A stretch of 64,000 nucleotides of DNA. Origin: Nemertoderma westbladi. Taxonomy: Eukaryota; Animalia; Xenacoelomorpha. Below, one piece after another: positions 23,645 through 36,303 of this stretch. The stretch covers positions 63,037-127,036 of the forward strand of contig JAUCBJ010009150.1 in the NCBI GenBank assembly GCA_032718475.1, written 5' to 3'. The notes under the pieces are model-generated. The model had not been told where the DNA came from. It saw only the letters and a list, made by a program, of their open reading frames with translations, and did no database searches. The translations under genes were made by a program, and so were the position numbers. Position 1 is the stretch's first letter. Every line of letters starts with the position of its first letter.

Positions 23645-26600
23645 CTGTAAGGGTCCGTAAGTCGTTCTCAACATTATTGTGGGAATCTGGGAAGCCCAAG
23701 TTCGCACGGCGTGGGTTCGTGGATGCCATAGCACGCGTCCCGACCTGGAGAAAACAATTAAGTGAAAATACAAATGAACAGTGACAAGTTATTTAAAAAT
23801 CTCATATAATTAAATATCAATTAAACATCAATAAACACAAACACATATTTAATAATAAACAAACACACCAACACTTATATAGTGTAGGAATGAATAATTA
23901 CCCGTTGTAACAATAATTGCAAGCCAGACGTCCCAACACTTTAATAAATAATTCATTGCGAACGACTTGCTGGTAATGTTGTGAATAAACAGTAAATCTA
24001 AACTCTAAATAATCAATTGTAATTAAACTTTAAACCAAAGCGATTTTAAATAAGAAACTTTGTTAAACGTAACTTATAATATATTCAGCTACTGAGGAAG
24101 CAGCGCTTATTATATATTGGTGTTGGTGTCTGTAATACAAAGCGAACAAATGTCTGGCCATTGACCTTGTGTCTTTGTGTGAAGCCGCGCTATCCAATAA
24201 TAAGACGGTATAACAATTATTGGTTGTTCAAGCAAAGGCAATGTATACGTTAATGTATAATAATATGTTGCTTGGCGTGGGTGGCTGAGGCCTTGGCCTT
24301 GGTTGGTTAGTTTCCAGGGTGATTGTTCTAGAATATTAAATTATTTACCTTGAGTGAACCAAACCAACCACCCACACAATGCTGAAGCACAGCGCATTGT
24401 ATCCCAGCCGTCCAGCCCAGCCCGGCTGGCGCCTCCTACAATACAATGCAAGCAGCTCAGCTCAATATTGCTTGAAAATTCTCTTGTAAATATTTTCCAA
24501 CTCAATAAATAATTACACTTGAAATGCACTATAGAGGGGTGGGGAGGTGTTAGCGATGTCGCCCGGTGATTCTGAGCGTTTTTGGTGATCATTTGCTTAA
24601 AATATATTTTTTATGCTCTATCTCGTGGTGTCAGTTAGAACGCGCGAAAATGAAAATCGATGCTCATTTTTGAAAAAAATCGGAAGTTATTTCGGTAAAT
24701 TGCGGCTAATTTTGGGAAGGGCTTTTGGAATGGCAATTTATTATTTAATACAGTTGAATATTTGGCTGAATTGAAGTTCATTAACCCGGGTAATTAAATT
24801 GAAATAACAAGTTATTTTGCAAAATTATGGCTAATTTTGGGAAGGGCTTTTGGAATGGCATTGAAATTGAAATGAAAGGTGTTCTTAGGAGAATTTGAAT
24901 TAATAACTAGTGCCCTACATAACAGCGCAGTGCACTTAATAACGAGTGCCCTACATAACGGCGCAGTGCACTTTATAACGGCGCAGTGCACTTCATAAAG
25001 GTGTAGTGCACTTCATAAAGGTATTAGTAGTGCACTTCATAACGATGCAGTGCACTTAATGTTATATGCTATATTTCATGTTATATGCTATAGTACATGC
25101 TCTGCGATATGCTATATGGTATGGTATATGCTATGCTATATGCGATATGCTATAAGCTATATGTTATATATTATGCTATAGTACATGCTATGCTATATGC
25201 TATGCTATATGCTATGCTATATGCTATGCTATTTGCTAGGCTATATGCTATGCTATATGTTATAGGCTATGCTATAAGCTATATGTCATATGTTATATGT
25301 TATGCTATATGCAATGTCATGCTATATGTTATGGTATATGCCACGTTATGATATATGCTATGCTATGCTATATGTCATATGCTATATGTTAAATGTTATG
25401 CTATATGCCATGTTATGTTATATGCTATAGTACATGCTAAGCTATATGCTCTATGCTATGCTATATGCTATATGCAATATATCATATGCTATGCTATGTT
25501 ATGCTATATGCCATATGCTATGATACAACCTATGCTGTATGCAATATATCATATGATATGCTATGTTATGCTATATGCTATGGTACATCCTATGCTATAT
25601 GCTATGCTATGCTATGCTATGCTATATGCTATGCTATATGCTATGCTATATGATATGATATATGCTATGCTATATGTTATATACTATATGTTATATGTTA
25701 TGCTATATGCCACGTTATGCATGCTATGCTATGCTATGCTATGTTATGCTATGCTATCATATGTTATGTTGTTCTATGCTATGCTATGCTATGCTATGCT
25801 ATACTATGCTATGCTATGCTATGCTATGCTATGCTATGCTATGCTATGCTATGCTATACTATGCTATGCTATGCTATGCTATGCTGTGCTATGCTATGCT
25901 ATGTTAAGCTATATATGCTATGCTATGCTATGCTATGCTATGCTATGCTATGCTATGCTATGCTATGTTAAGCTATGATATGCTATGTTATGCTATGCTA
26001 TGTTTGTCAAAATGACATTTTGACATGTCATTTTGCCAAAATGTCATTTTCAAGTTGACATTTTGACATGTCATTTTGCCAAAATGTCATTTTCAAGTTG
26101 ACATTTTGACATGTCATTTGCCAAAATGTCAATGTGTCAATATGTCACTTTCAAATTGACAGTTTGACATGTCATTTTGTCAAAATGTCACTTTCAAATT
26201 GACATTTTGACATGTCATTTTGTCAAATGTCATTTTCAAGTTGACATTTTGACATGTAATTTTGCCAAAATGTCACTTTCGAATTGACATTTTGACATGT
26301 CATTTTGCCAAAATGTCAATGTGTCAATATGTCACTTTCAAATTGACAGTTTGACATGTCATTTTGTCAAAATGTAACTTTCAAATTGACATTTTGACAT
26401 GTCAATTTGCCAAAATGTCACTTTCGAATTGACATTTTGACATGTTATTTTGCCAAAATGTCACATTCGAATTGACATTTTGACATGTCATTTTGCCAAA
26501 AAGTCATTTTCAAGTTGACATTTTGACATGTCATTTGCCAAAATGTCAATGAGTCAATATGTCACTTTCAAATTGACAGTTTGACATGTTTTTTTGTCAA

Positions 26601-28916
26601 ATGTCAATGTGTCAATGTGTCAATATGTCACTTTCAAATTGACAGTTTGACATGTCATTTTGTAAAATGTCACTTTCAAATTGACATTTTGACATGTCAT
26701 TTTGCCAAAATGTCATTTTCAAGTTGACATTTTGACATGTCATTTGCCAAAATGTCAATGTGTCAATATGTCACATTCAAATTGACAGTTTGACATGTCA
26801 TTTTGTAAAATGTCACTTTCAAATTGACATTTTGACATGTCATTTTGCCAAAATGTCATTTTCAAGTTGACATTTTGACATGTCATTTGCCAAAATGTCA
26901 ATATGTCAATATGCCACTTTCAAATTGACAGTTTGACATGTCATTTTGTCAAAATGTAACTTTCAAATTGACATTTTGACATGTCAATTTGCCAAAATGT
27001 CACTTTCGAATTGACATTTTGACATGTTATTTTGCCAAAATGTCACATTCGAATTGACATTTTGACATGTCATTTTGCCAAAATGTCAATGAGTCAATAT
27101 GTCACTTTCAAATTGACAGTTTGACATGTCATTTTGTCAAAATGTCAATGTGTCAATATGTCACTTTCAAATTGACAGTTTGACATGTCATTTTGTCAAA
27201 ATGTCACTTTCAAATTGACATTTTGACATGTCATTTTGCCAAATGTCATTTTCAAGTTGACATTTTGACATGTAATTATGCCAAAATGTCACTTTCGAAT
27301 TGACATTTTCACATGTCATTTTGCCAAAATGTCAATGTGTCAATATGTCACTTTCAAATTGACAGTTTGACATGTCATTTTGTCAAAATGTCATTTTCAA
27401 ATTGACATTTTGACATGTCATATTTTATGAGATTTAAGGTATTTTTTCTTGAAAAAGCGAACATAACTTTTCTGAGTCCGTTTCTGTGACATTTAAAGAA
27501 AAGTTAACTTGTGATACTTCTTTTAGTGTTAAATTAACAGCAGATTCCAAATACAGTAACCGTTTTTACATATGATTTGTAGTTCTCGCGATATTTGGGT
27601 TCAAACACAACGTTTTTTGATATTTTACGAAATTTAAGGTATTTTTTCTTGAAAAAGCAAACATAACTATTCCCAGTCCGTTTCTGTAACATTTAGAGAA
27701 AAGTTAACTTGTGATACTTCTTTTAGTGTTAAATTAACAGCAGATTCCAAATACAGTAACCGTTTTTACATATGATTTGTAGTTCTCGCGATATTTGGGT
27801 TCAAACACAACGTTTTTTGATATTTTACGAAATTTAAGGTATTTTTTCTTGAAAAAGCAAACATAACTATTCCCAGTCCGTTTCTGTAACATTTAGAGAA
27901 AAGTTAACTTGTGATACTTCTTTTAGTGTTAAATTAACAGCAGATTCCAAATACAGTAACCGTTTTTACATATGATTTGTAGTTCTCGCGATATTTGGGT
28001 TCAAACACAACGTTTTTTTATATTTTACGAAATTTAAGGTATTTTTTCTTGAAAAAGCAAACATAACTATTCCCAGTCCGTTTCTGTAACATTTAGAGAA
28101 AAGTTAACTTGTGATACTTCTTTTAGTGTTAAATTAACAGCAGATTCCAAATACAGTAACCGTTTTTACATATGATTTGTAGTTCTCGCGATATTTGGGT
28201 TCAAACACAACGTTTTTTTATATTTTACGAAATTTAAGGTATTTTTTCTTGAAAAATCATACATAACTATTCCCAGTCCGTTTCTGTAACATTTAGAGAA
28301 AAGTTAACTTGTGATACTTCTTTTAGTGTTAAATTAACCGCAGATTCCAAATACAGTAACCGTTTTTACTTAAATTGTAGATTTTGCAACAAAAATTAAA
28401 AAAAAATACGATTTGAGGGAATCACAACAAAACTTTTTAAGTTTAAAACAACCGGTTATGTTAAACATAACGGTAACGTATAACGGCATAACGGTACCAA
28501 AAATAACTTCATTTTAATAACAAAATAAACGGATAAACAGATGAGTAACCAGAACCCGGTAGCACAAACATACAGATCAGTAACAGCAGTATCAACACCA
28601 GATTAGCACAAGACTTAATAAGTAAAATGAAAGCCGACTTCCACCACTGGGTACGAACCTATTGCTTAACGAAATGTCCCTATTTATAATCGAATATGGT
28701 GCGAGCCACAAAGTCTGTGAGCCATAGCATATAGTTGAATGTAGAGCATGCATGGGCCATTGTCAGTCCGTTGAATTGAGATTTAGAGGGAAAATCATAT
28801 CATTAGCCAAAATGGAGCCTTCGCAAAACGTTTATCTAATGAACAATGTCTATTATTTGGCCTAGCTAGTACAACTGTATGCCACCGTTCACGGACCCCG
28901 CCAACCCACCGAGTCC

Positions 28917-29069
28917 CTACAGATCTCCCTTGGGTTCCTCTTGGCCCTCGAAGTATCGTATCTTATCCTTGGGATTGGGGATTATGGTAGCGCTGCCCGG
29001 CTTCCAGTCGATCGGACAGACGTCCCCGTGCTGGTCCGTGTACTGGAAGGCCTGCACGAGACGCAGGGT
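28917..29069 (-). pseudogene. Peroxiredoxin C-terminal fragment, unit 6
   Basis: Same translation as unit 1. Confidence 0.85.
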
Positions 29070-31242
29070 CTGTAAGGGTCCGTAAGTCGTTCTCAACATT
29101 ATTGTGGGAATCTGGGAAGCCCAAGTTCGCACGGCGTGGGTTCGTGGATGCCATAGCACGCGTCCCGACCTGGAGAAAACAATTAAGTGAAAATACAAAT
29201 GAACAGTGACATGTTATTTAAAAATCTCATATAATTAAATATCAATTAAACATCAATAAACACAAACACATATTTAATAATAAACAAACACACCAACACT
29301 TATATAATGTAGGAATGAATAATTACCCGTTGTAACAATAATTGCAAGCCAGACGTCCCAACACTTTAATAAATAATTCATTGCGAACGACTTGCTGGTA
29401 ATGTTGTGAATAAACTGTAAATCTAAACTCTAAATAATCAATTGTAATTAAACTTTAAACCAGAGCGATTTTAAATAAGAAACTTTGTTAAACGTAACTT
29501 ATAATATATTCAGCTACTGAGGAGGCAGCGCTTATTATATATTGGTGTTGGTGTCTGTAATACAAAACGAACAAATGTCTGGCCATTGACCTTGTGTCTT
29601 TGTGTGAAGCCGCGCTATCCAATAATAAGACGGTATAACAATTATTGGTTGTTCAAGCAAAGGCAATGTATACGTTAATGTATAATAATATGTTGCTTGG
29701 CGTGGGTGGCTGAGGCCTTGGCCTTGGTTGGTTAGTTTCCAGGGTGATATGTTCTAGAATATTAAATTATTTACCTTGAGTGAACCAAACCAACCACCCA
29801 CACAATGCTGAAGCACAGCGCATTGTATCCCAGCCGTCCAGCCCAGCCCGGCTGGCGCCTCCTACAACACAATGCAAGCAGCTCAGCTCAATATTGCTTG
29901 AAAATTCTCTTGTAAATATTTTCCAACTCAATAAATAATTACACTTGAAATGCACTATAGAGGGGTGGTGAGGTGTTAGCGATGTCGCCCGGTGATTCTG
30001 AGCGTTTTTGGTGATCATTTGCTTAAAATATATTTTTTATGCTCTATCTCGTGGTGTCGGTTAGAACGCGCGAAAATGAAAATCGATGGTCATTTTTGAA
30101 AAAAATCGGAAGTTATTTCGGTAAATTATGGCTAATTTTGGGAAGGGCTTTTGTGTTGGCAATTTATTATTTAATACAGTTGAATATTTGGCTGAATTGA
30201 AGTTCATTAACCCGGGTAATTAAATTGAAATAACAAGTTATTTTGCAAAATTATGGCTAATTTTGGGAAGGGCTTTTGGAATGGCATTGAAATTGAAATG
30301 AAAGGTGTTCTTAGGAGAATTTGAATTAATAACTAGTGCCCTACATAACAGCGCAGTGCACTTAATAACGAGTGCCCTACATAACGGCGCAGTGCACTTT
30401 ATAACGGCGCAGTGCACTTCATAAAGGTGTAGTGCACTTCATAAAGGTGTTAGTAGTGCACTTCATAACGATGCAGTGCACTTAATGTTATATGCTATAT
30501 TTCATGTTATATGCTATAGTACATGCTCTGCGATATGCTATATGGTATGGTATATGCTATGCTATATGCGATATGCTATAAGCTATATGTTATATGTTAT
30601 GCTATAGTACATGCTATGCTATATGCTATGCTATATGCTATGCTATATGCTATGCTATTTGCTAGGCTATATGCTATGCTATATGTTATAGGCTATGCTA
30701 TATGCTATATGTCATATGTTATATGTTATGCTATATGCAATGTCATGCTATATGTTATGGTATATGCCACGTTATGATATATGCTATGCTATGCTATATG
30801 TCATATGCTATATGTTAAATGTTATGCTATATGCCATGTTATGTTATATGCTATAGTACATGCTAAGCTATATGCTCTATGCTATGCTATATGCTATATG
30901 CAATATATCATATGCTATGCTATGTTATGCTATATGCCATATGCTATGATACAACCTATGCTGTATGCAATATATCATATGATATGCTATGTTATGCTAT
31001 ATGCTATGGTACATCCTATGCTATATGCTATGCTATGCTATGCTATGCTATATGCTATGCTATATGCTATGCTATATGATATGATATATGCTATGCTATA
31101 TGTTATATACTATATGTTATATGTTATGCTATATGCCACGTTATGCATGCTATGCTATGCTATGCTATGTTATGCTATGCTATCATATGTTATGTTGTTC
31201 TATGCTATGCTATGCTATGCTATGCTATGCTATGCTATGCTA

Positions 31243-31507
31243 TGCTATGTTGTGAGGTGAGCCGAAAGATAGAACAAGAGTTTATCTGAAGCATGTACAC
31301 AACATAATAATCAATATAATACATATATAGATGTGATAGATAAGTCAGCAGTCAGGTGGGCGCCGACTGCATAGCAGATATACCAGATACCGGTATGGTA
31401 GGTATTAGTATGCTATAAGAAGAACGGTACAGCAGTAAGGTAAACGACAGAACAGTATAACATACATATATACTATATGGCTACGAGTAGGTCACGAGTA
31501 TCTCTCA
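31243..31507 (-). repeat. 3' LTR (265 bp)
   Basis: Preceded on the - strand by the PPT. The outer boundary is blurred by about 5 bp because the LTR end matches the flanking microsatellite. Confidence 0.9.
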
Positions 31508-31519
31508 TCTCCCCCTTTC
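31508..31519 (-). other. Polypurine tract GAAAGGGGGAGA
   Basis: Purine run abutting the TG of the 3' LTR on the - strand. Confidence 0.88.
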
Positions 31520-31545
31520 AGTTTTAGTGAGTCTGGGAATATATG

Positions 31546-34500
31546 TCAGTACCTCTCACCTCCCCCTTTCAGTCTGGGAGATCGTCGCGGGATGATTTTT
31601 GACCTCACCTCGTCATCGAATGTAATGTTGCGTTTGGGTGGGGACCCACGAGGTGTGTCCGGATTGGACGGTGTGGAAGGAGAGTTGCGTGCTCCGACAA
31701 AGCGACGGAGGTATCGACGGTTGCGTATGAGTTTGCGCCCATTCGAGAGGAGGATTTCGAAGCGGCGGAACCCGAGTTTTCCCACGATAGTGCCAGTGCG
31801 GTCCCACAGGCGTGTCCGTTGACTTTGTAGACGGACCGTCTCACCGAGAGTAAGCGGTGGGAGGGGATGTGCGGATAGGTTATAACGATCAGCCATGTCC
31901 TGTTTAAGGATACCAGCTCGAATAACAGAATCGGTGGTCGGCTTTGTGGCAAAGGAAGCAGGGTGTACTGGCACGCGGGATCGCATTGAACGTCCATAGA
32001 GTAACTGCGCAGGGGACAAACCAGTGGCAGATGGGGTGTTTCGCCACTCAAGGATGGCCTCAGCAAATGCGCGTTGATCAAGATGTTTATTAGCGGTTTG
32101 ACACTTTTTTACGAGGGCCTTCATGGCATGAACCGCAGATTCGGCATGGCCATTGGATTGTGGATATTCAGGCGAGGAGATGCGGTGTGTCACCGACCAG
32201 TCGTGGAGGAAGTTGCGGAACTCCTCTGACGTGAACTGGGGCCCTCCATCTGTAGATAGTTCGACCGGGGCACCATAGTCCCGGAAGTATTGGGTAAATG
32301 AGTCAATAAGGTGGCGTGTAGAGGGGCATGTGCGGTATGCCTCAACTATGGGCCAACCAGTGTGTCGATCAGCATATACAAGGTAATATTGATATGCGTA
32401 GGAGTACAGATCAGCGGAACATTGCTCAAATGGTCGATTTGGAAGCGGGGTTGAAATTAAGTCCTCATGTGGTTGACTACGTTGGTATAGTTGACACGAG
32501 TCACATGACTCGACAGTGTTTTTGATGTCGGAATTCATGCCGGGCCAGTAGAACGCCTGGCGCGCGCGACGCTTGGTACGAACAATGCCTTGATGCGAGG
32601 CATGTAACCGCTTAAGGATTTCACGACGAATGGAACTTGGGATAATGATCCTGGCTCCATATAGAATGAGGTCGCCGTCGATTGACAGTTCCGGTAGTAT
32701 ACTTTTATATTGATGGACTGACTGTTTCGGTATGTCGTCAGTGTCTTTACCATTGGCAAGGTAATGGTACAGATGCTGGTAGGGGATATCTGTTTTAGCA
32801 GCGTTGATGATGATGTCGAGAGCAGGGTCATGACTGGGATGTCCGTCGGCGACTGATTCATCATCTATAGCACTGACTCGTTGGATGACGGCTGTGTGGT
32901 GGTCATCTTGGAATAATACTTCATCACTGGGTTGCGGGTCGGAGGTAGGAGCTCGTGAGAGAGCGTCGGCTGAGTGATTGTCCTTCCCTGGGACCCATTT
33001 AGCTGTAAACGTATATGGGGCAAGTTTCTCGCGGAGGCGTTGGAGACGGGGGTTCTCAATGAGGTCGAGGGTGAACCTGTTGAGGATAGGAATTAATGGT
33101 TTGTGGTCAACTTCGATGTCAAAGTGTGTGAGGCCTTGGAGATATAACTTGCACTTTGATGCAGCCCATACGACAGCAAGTAATTCAAGCTCACACATAG
33201 CGTAGCGTGATTCGGTATTAGTTGTGAAACGAGAGCCACATTGAATGAGACGCCAGCTCGGAGGTGAGTTAAGATCAGCGTTGTGATTTTGCAGCAACAC
33301 ATATCCTAAGCCTTGGAGACGAGACGCATCCGTGCGAAGGACGGTGGGCAACGCAGGGTTAAAAGGTTGAAGCACTGGTGGGGAGACCAAAGCGGCTTTA
33401 ACGGCATTAAAGGCGGCAGTGTGCACGTCCAACCAGAGAAATGAGTTGCGAGTTTGCAGCAGCGGTCGTAAGGGAGCGGCAACAGCGGCGATTTCATTGG
33501 AGAACTCGCCGAGTTGGTTAACTAAACCAAAAAATGAGCGGAGCTCACGGATGTTCGTTGGGATGGGGAATTCCGAGATGGCTGATACCCGGCTGGGATC
33601 AGCTTCGACACCAGTGTGGCCAACAATATAGCCAGCAAACTCAACACTTGGCTGCGCAAAAACGATTTTGTCAGGGTTTAGAGTTATTGAAGCGTTACGA
33701 CATCGGGTTAAAAGTTCCGAAACAATAGTGACGTGTTCGTCAAACGTTGTTGTATAAACGATGATGTCGTCTACAATTTTTCTACTATTTGTTAGGCCCT
33801 CGAGTGCAGCATCGCCTCGACGGCAATATTCATCCCCGGAGCATGATAGACCCATCGGTGCGCGAAGATACATATAGCGTCCATATGGGGTCAGGAATGT
33901 AGTGAGAGGTTGGCTGTCCTCGTCAAGAGGTATTTGCCAGTACCCATGGGTCGCATCGAATTTGGAAAAGTAGCGCATTCCATGGGGAATTGAGAATACT
34001 ACATCGCGGGGTGATGGAAAGGGATGAACTGGTCGGTGTATATGAATATTCAACCGTGTATGGTCGACGCACATACGTAATTTACCGTTCTTTTTCGTTG
34101 TCACGACCAGGGGACTAACAAACTCAGTTGGGTAGTCCACTTTTGAAATAACTCCCTTTAATTCCATCTGATTTAGGTTTTCTTTGATTTCCTCGCGGTA
34201 AGCAAATGGTATGGGGCGAGCGGCGTGGACTGCGTACGCCTCGTATCCCTTTTTCATGTAGATATGCATAGGGTCACCAGACATGGTGGGCAGTTCGACA
34301 TTAGGTGAACTCCCGGCAAACACGTCATTGAATTCGCAAACAAGCTGTTGGTGGGTGTTTTCGATAGTTTTTATAGGTGTGTCGTCCGTGATTGGCGGTG
34401 GGGTTGACACAGTAAGCAGGTTCCCTCGTTGAGCGGTTATATAGCCGGGAATTGGAAATTCTGGGGCTAATAGTCCGTGCTGTTTACATACAATGTATGA

Positions 34501-36174
34501 CATTAGAAACCCATCGAAATCGGAGGTAACATATGCAACGGTGGGTATACAACGTTCATAGTAAATTATATTAATTGAAATGGAACCAAGACATTCCATT
34601 TGTGTTTTATTTGCAGCTAACAGCGGTATGACGTCATTGGGGTTGATATACTGGGTTAAACCATGGGTTTCGACAATAGAATTCGAAATTATGGTGTCAT
34701 CCGCCCCAGTATCAACTACTGATGAATTTATGAAAAAGGATGCATCATGGCAGGAGACAGAGACGCGTATCCTAGGTGGTTTCGATGAAACAGCATAAAT
34801 GAATGCATTATTGTTGTTTATGTTTCCATCCTCGAGATCGGTTGCAATATAGCTATTATGGGAGGCTTTATTTGGATGCGACCGAGGGACAGGTTTAGGA
34901 GTCGTGGAGGTCGAGGTAGCGGACTGTTTCTTACCGCAAACAGGAGCTATGTGACCTTGTATACCACAAGCGTGACAGGTACTGGATCGATGCGGGCACT
35001 GACTCCGTTCGTGGGCTGAGTAACACTTTTGACAAGATTTTCGCCGTTCATAAGGTTGCTGGTTGGAGCGGGGGGCGGAGGGACTCCGTCTTTGTTTGTG
35101 GCGTGGGCCTCGGTACCGTGGGTTGGAGGTTGATCGACCGCGGTGCTGTTCTGAATCTGTTGCATGTTTCCAACCGGATGTAGAATTTCCAGGGCCAGAA
35201 ACTTTCAATGTTTTGGAGACTGCACCAGTAGCATCGCGGCGTGATTGTTCCCGGGCTCGACAAACCTTAAGAACATCGTCCAGGGTGGGGTCATCGTACT
35301 GTTCGAATATTTTCTCCCTGAGTTCGTCATCGTTGATGCCGGAAATAATTTGGGTCATAAGTTGCTGTTCCGAGCAATGGTTACAGGGTTCGGAATTACT
35401 CTGTAAGTCGGACAAGCGGACATAGTAGTCATCAAAGGATTCGCCCTGAGACTGTTTAGTGCGGGTAAACTCCACACGGCGGCACACAACGTTGGTTTTG
35501 CGACGATAATGAGCAAGGAGTTGGTCGAGAATTTCGTTGACCGTCATGGTGTCGGTGACGTGCATGATGACTCGCATCGCATCCTGAGTTTTACGGGAGA
35601 TGCAGCCATAAAGGTGAACAACCTGGGCTGCGAGGTCGAGAGAGAGGATGTCGTTAACGTTATAAAAGCGTTCGAACTGTTCTCGCCAGGTTTTGAACTG
35701 CGCTAGGGTATAGTCGTTTGTTAATGGTTCGGGTTTGTAAGAGGAATCCACGCGGCGGGATGTCCTGTGGTCGCCAGCGGCAGCGGGCGCGGGGCCGTGG
35801 CCGGGGGCTATGGCAGCGCCGCGCGGGCCCTGGGTACCAGGAACCGGTACGGCTGGGCGTTGTTGATCCGTGAGGAACTGGAAGAAGGCGTTTTGCTGGT
35901 CGCGTGCAGCGGCCTGCTGTTCGCGGATGAAACCCATTAACACAGCGACGGAATCGCCTTCCACGGTTCGGTAAACTTCCTCCACGCCAGGGTTGGAGGT
36001 GATGTCGGACACGTTATGTTCGCGGACAAATTTCATAATTATGCAACGCATAGAATCTGTGTTCGTCTTGGCGTCGACGCTGATGCTGAACTGTGTGGCC
36101 CACTCCCGGAGTTGATCCCGTGGGGCGTCAGCAACGTCAGCCAAAGATGGTAAATCTTCCAAGTTGGATGCCAT
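31546..36174 (-). CDS. Gag-Pol polyprotein (~1542 aa from the ATG at 36174; open frame extends to 36306)
   Basis: Zn knuckles CQKCYSAHERSQC and CHACGIQGHIAPVC; protease VVDTGAD; RT LRMCVDHTRLN, KFDATHGYWQI, APMGL and IVDDIIV; RNase H TDASR, ELELLAV, DHKPL and ADALSR; integrase HASH...CDSC, SADLY, TDGGPQF and SNGHAESAV. No stops or frameshifts. Confidence 0.95.
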   Translation of the reverse strand: MASNLEDLPSLADVADAPRDQLREWATQFSISVDAKTNTDSMRCIIMKFVREHNVSDITSNPGVEEVYRTVEGDSVAVLMGFIREQQAAARDQQNAFFQFLTDQQRPAVPVPGTQGPRGAAIAPGHGPAPAAAGDHRTSRRVDSSYKPEPLTNDYTLAQFKTWREQFERFYNVNDILSLDLAAQVVHLYGCISRKTQDAMRVIMHVTDTMTVNEILDQLLAHYRRKTNVVCRRVEFTRTKQSQGESFDDYYVRLSDLQSNSEPCNHCSEQQLMTQIISGINDDELREKIFEQYDDPTLDDVLKVCRAREQSRRDATGAVSKTLKVSGPGNSTSGWKHATDSEQHRGRSTSNPRYRGPRHKQRRSPSAPRSNQQPYERRKSCQKCYSAHERSQCPHRSSTCHACGIQGHIAPVCGKKQSATSTSTTPKPVPRSHPNKASHNSYIATDLEDGNINNNNAFIYAVSSKPPRIRVSVSCHDASFFINSSVVDTGADDTIISNSIVETHGLTQYINPNDVIPLLAANKTQMECLGSISINIIYYERCIPTVAYVTSDFDGFLMSYIVCKQHGLLAPEFPIPGYITAQRGNLLTVSTPPPITDDTPIKTIENTHQQLVCEFNDVFAGSSPNVELPTMSGDPMHIYMKKGYEAYAVHAARPIPFAYREEIKENLNQMELKGVISKVDYPTEFVSPLVVTTKKNGKLRMCVDHTRLNIHIHRPVHPFPSPRDVVFSIPHGMRYFSKFDATHGYWQIPLDEDSQPLTTFLTPYGRYMYLRAPMGLSCSGDEYCRRGDAALEGLTNSRKIVDDIIVYTTTFDEHVTIVSELLTRCRNASITLNPDKIVFAQPSVEFAGYIVGHTGVEADPSRVSAISEFPIPTNIRELRSFFGLVNQLGEFSNEIAAVAAPLRPLLQTRNSFLWLDVHTAAFNAVKAALVSPPVLQPFNPALPTVLRTDASRLQGLGYVLLQNHNADLNSPPSWRLIQCGSRFTTNTESRYAMCELELLAVVWAASKCKLYLQGLTHFDIEVDHKPLIPILNRFTLDLIENPRLQRLREKLAPYTFTAKWVPGKDNHSADALSRAPTSDPQPSDEVLFQDDHHTAVIQRVSAIDDESVADGHPSHDPALDIIINAAKTDIPYQHLYHYLANGKDTDDIPKQSVHQYKSILPELSIDGDLILYGARIIIPSSIRREILKRLHASHQGIVRTKRRARQAFYWPGMNSDIKNTVESCDSCQLYQRSQPHEDLISTPLPNRPFEQCSADLYSYAYQYYLVYADRHTGWPIVEAYRTCPSTRHLIDSFTQYFRDYGAPVELSTDGGPQFTSEEFRNFLHDWSVTHRISSPEYPQSNGHAESAVHAMKALVKKCQTANKHLDQRAFAEAILEWRNTPSATGLSPAQLLYGRSMRSRVPVHPASFATKPTTDSVIRAGILKQDMADRYNLSAHPLPPLTLGETVRLQSQRTRLWDRTGTIVGKLGFRRFEILLSNGRKLIRNRRYLRRFVGARNSPSTPSNPDTPRGSPPKRNITFDDEVRSKIIPRRSPRLKGGGERY

Positions 36175-36303
36175 AACAGATACGGTGATACAGAAAATGT
36201 GTACCAGTGTACAGTTGAGTAAAGTACGGTATGGTATTGCAGTATTGAGAACGGTATTGCAAAGTTCAGAAGTTGGGGTGTATCGCTGAGGTAGCAGACT
36301 ACA

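Noticed and set aside
23872-23884. TATAGTG as the partner terminal inverted repeat of CACTATA
   Set aside because: Only a 7-bp match, present only in units 5, 10 and 11, with no target-site duplication.
24341-24592. 83-aa minus-strand ORF MITKNAQ...
   Set aside because: Start and frame are broken in A-type units and by a 5-bp indel, and there is no recognisable homology. It is at most part of a non-coding or variable upstream exon.
31592-35706. Short ORFs overlapping gag-pol
   Set aside because: Alternative-frame or antisense shadows of the long retrotransposon ORF; no env-like ORF is present.
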